A DNA stretch of 64,000 nt from an uncultured Nitrospiraceae bacterium (GTDB lineage Bacteria; Nitrospirota; Nitrospiria; Nitrospirales; Nitrospiraceae), in contig CAVSTP010000004.1 of the NCBI GenBank assembly GCA_963730935.1, forward strand, positions 1,120,001 to 1,184,000. The letters are read 5' to 3'. The notes under the pieces are model-generated. The model saw only the letters and a program-made list of their open reading frames with translations. It did no database searches and was not told where the DNA came from. Each line of letters begins with the position of its first letter. The first letter of the stretch is position 1. The translations under genes were made by a program, and so were the position numbers. Shown here in pieces: positions 62,806 through 64,000 of this stretch.

Positions 62806-64000
62806 TTAAATAGACTGTCCATTGAGAAACACTGGAGTATACCCGACCCCCCGCCATTCGACTCCTGAGGCTGCCATTGTCGCCGGGTCAAAAATGCCTC
62901 GACCATCAACGAGGAGAGGGCGACGCATCCGTTTGGTAAATTCTCCGGGATGAATGGACCGATACTCAGGCCATGCGGTGACAATGCAACATGCATCACT
63001 GTCCTGAAGTGCCTCCATCCAACCGTCCACCAGCGACACACGCGAAAAATCTGGACGCCTCATTGCCAGAGGCATGGCGATAGGATCGTGGGCAACCACC
63101 GCGGCACCTTTTTGCAAGAGAGCTGCTATCAGCGGGAGTGCCGGTGACTCTCGCAGGTCATCGGTGCCGGGCTTGAATGCCAAACCAAGAACGGCGACGC
63201 GCTTCCCTGAAATACTCATTTCTTTCTCGAGAAGCGAGATCATCCGAAGTGGCTGTTCTTCATTGATTTGCAAGACGGCATCCAACATACGCGTCGATTC
63301 TTTGAGCGAACGACCAAACCCACGCAACGCCGCCACGTCTTTGGGAAAACAACTTCCGCCGAATCCCAACCCATGCCAAAGATACTCGGTGACCCCGGCG
63401 GGTCCACCTGACCGACCGTCTATCGGTGTTAATCGCCTGTCAAGATGCACCCCCCTCCAGACTTCACGTGCGTCCACGCCAGGTATTCCCGAACATAAAT
63501 TACCTATTTCATTGGAAAATGAAATCATGGTGGCAAGCAGGGAATTTGACACGTACTTGATCATCTCCGCGGTTCGTGGGGACGTAACGACTCTCGGGCA
63601 GTTAAAACTCGAATATATCTGTAGAAATACGTCTGCGGCTTTCTTGTCCGTCGCACCGATCACAACACGATCTGGAGATCGAAAATCCTCCACAGCTTTC
63701 CCTTCTCTCAAGAACTCCGGATTCATACAGAGGCCCCACCCGTCACCCACCTTCTTGCTCGATCTCCGTTCGATCGCTTCCTTCACGGGGCCTTCCGTGG
63801 TTCCCGGAAGGACAGTGCTCTTCACCGCAACCACATGGTACTCCCGTTTACTGGCCAATGCGTCCCCAATTGCCTCTGCAGCTGCAATGATTTGTGAAAG
63901 ATCCGTTTGTCCGTTCACAGTCGGTGTGCCCACGCATATCAAGGTCACTTCCGATCCATGAATGGCGCTGTGCGTGTCTGTGGTCGCAATCAGCTTTCCG
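62806..64000 (-). CDS. ugd: UDP-glucose/GDP-mannose dehydrogenase (5' partial)
   Basis: 'ICVGTP', 'KSTVLPGT', 'NPEFLREG', 'GFGGSCFPKD', 'GLAFKPGTDDLRES'. Confidence 0.9.
   Translation of the reverse strand, partial: GKLIATTDTHSAIHGSEVTLICVGTPTVNGQTDLSQIIAAAEAIGDALASKREYHVVAVKSTVLPGTTEGPVKEAIERRSSKKVGDGWGLCMNPEFLREGKAVEDFRSPDRVVIGATDKKAADVFLQIYSSFNCPRVVTSPRTAEMIKYVSNSLLATMISFSNEIGNLCSGIPGVDAREVWRGVHLDRRLTPIDGRSGGPAGVTEYLWHGLGFGGSCFPKDVAALRGFGRSLKESTRMLDAVLQINEEQPLRMISLLEKEMSISGKRVAVLGLAFKPGTDDLRESPALPLIAALLQKGAAVVAHDPIAMPLAMRRPDFSRVSLVDGWMEALQDSDACCIVTAWPEYRSIHPGEFTKRMRRPLLVDGRGIFDPATMAASGVEWRGVGYTPVFLNGQSI

Noticed and set aside
63074..63961. 295-aa plus-strand ORF
   Set aside because: Antisense to a clearly conserved dehydrogenase and without recognisable motifs.

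Overview
The window is almost entirely one large surface-polysaccharide (EPS/capsule) locus, transcribed mostly on the minus strand. Gene content suggests a Nitrospira-like organism, but this is inference only. Reading in transcription order, a first block holds a UDP-glucose dehydrogenase (partial), a sugar C-methyltransferase, a DUF4910 protein, a class IV aminotransferase and a duplicated [zinc-ribbon methyltransferase / LuxR] unit with decayed remnants. A LuxR-type regulator then faces away from a NusG-paralog antiterminator, which heads a run of about 51 kb. That run encodes two Wza-like export proteins, an outer-membrane barrel, Wzm/Wzt, many glycosyltransferases, two ATP-grasp ligases, two AsnB amidotransferases, two tandem AsnB-like proteins lacking a glutaminase Cys, CapA, a CapK-like ligase, DUF362, an O-antigen ligase/polymerase, WecB, methyltransferases, a GMC oxidoreductase with a tiny twin-arginine partner, SGNH/acyltransferase proteins, a transposase-derived HTH protein, a DegT aminotransferase, a phosphoglycosyltransferase-dehydratase fusion and Wzc. 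Two probable secreted proteins lie on the plus strand: a BACON-repeat/FN3 stalk protein with three apparently identical 285-bp repeats, and a beta-helix protein. About 20 frameshifts are concentrated at 23.8-38 kb; these could be sequencing indels or local decay. No rRNA, tRNA, CRISPR array or intact IS was seen. All family assignments come from motif recognition by eye, not from database searches.
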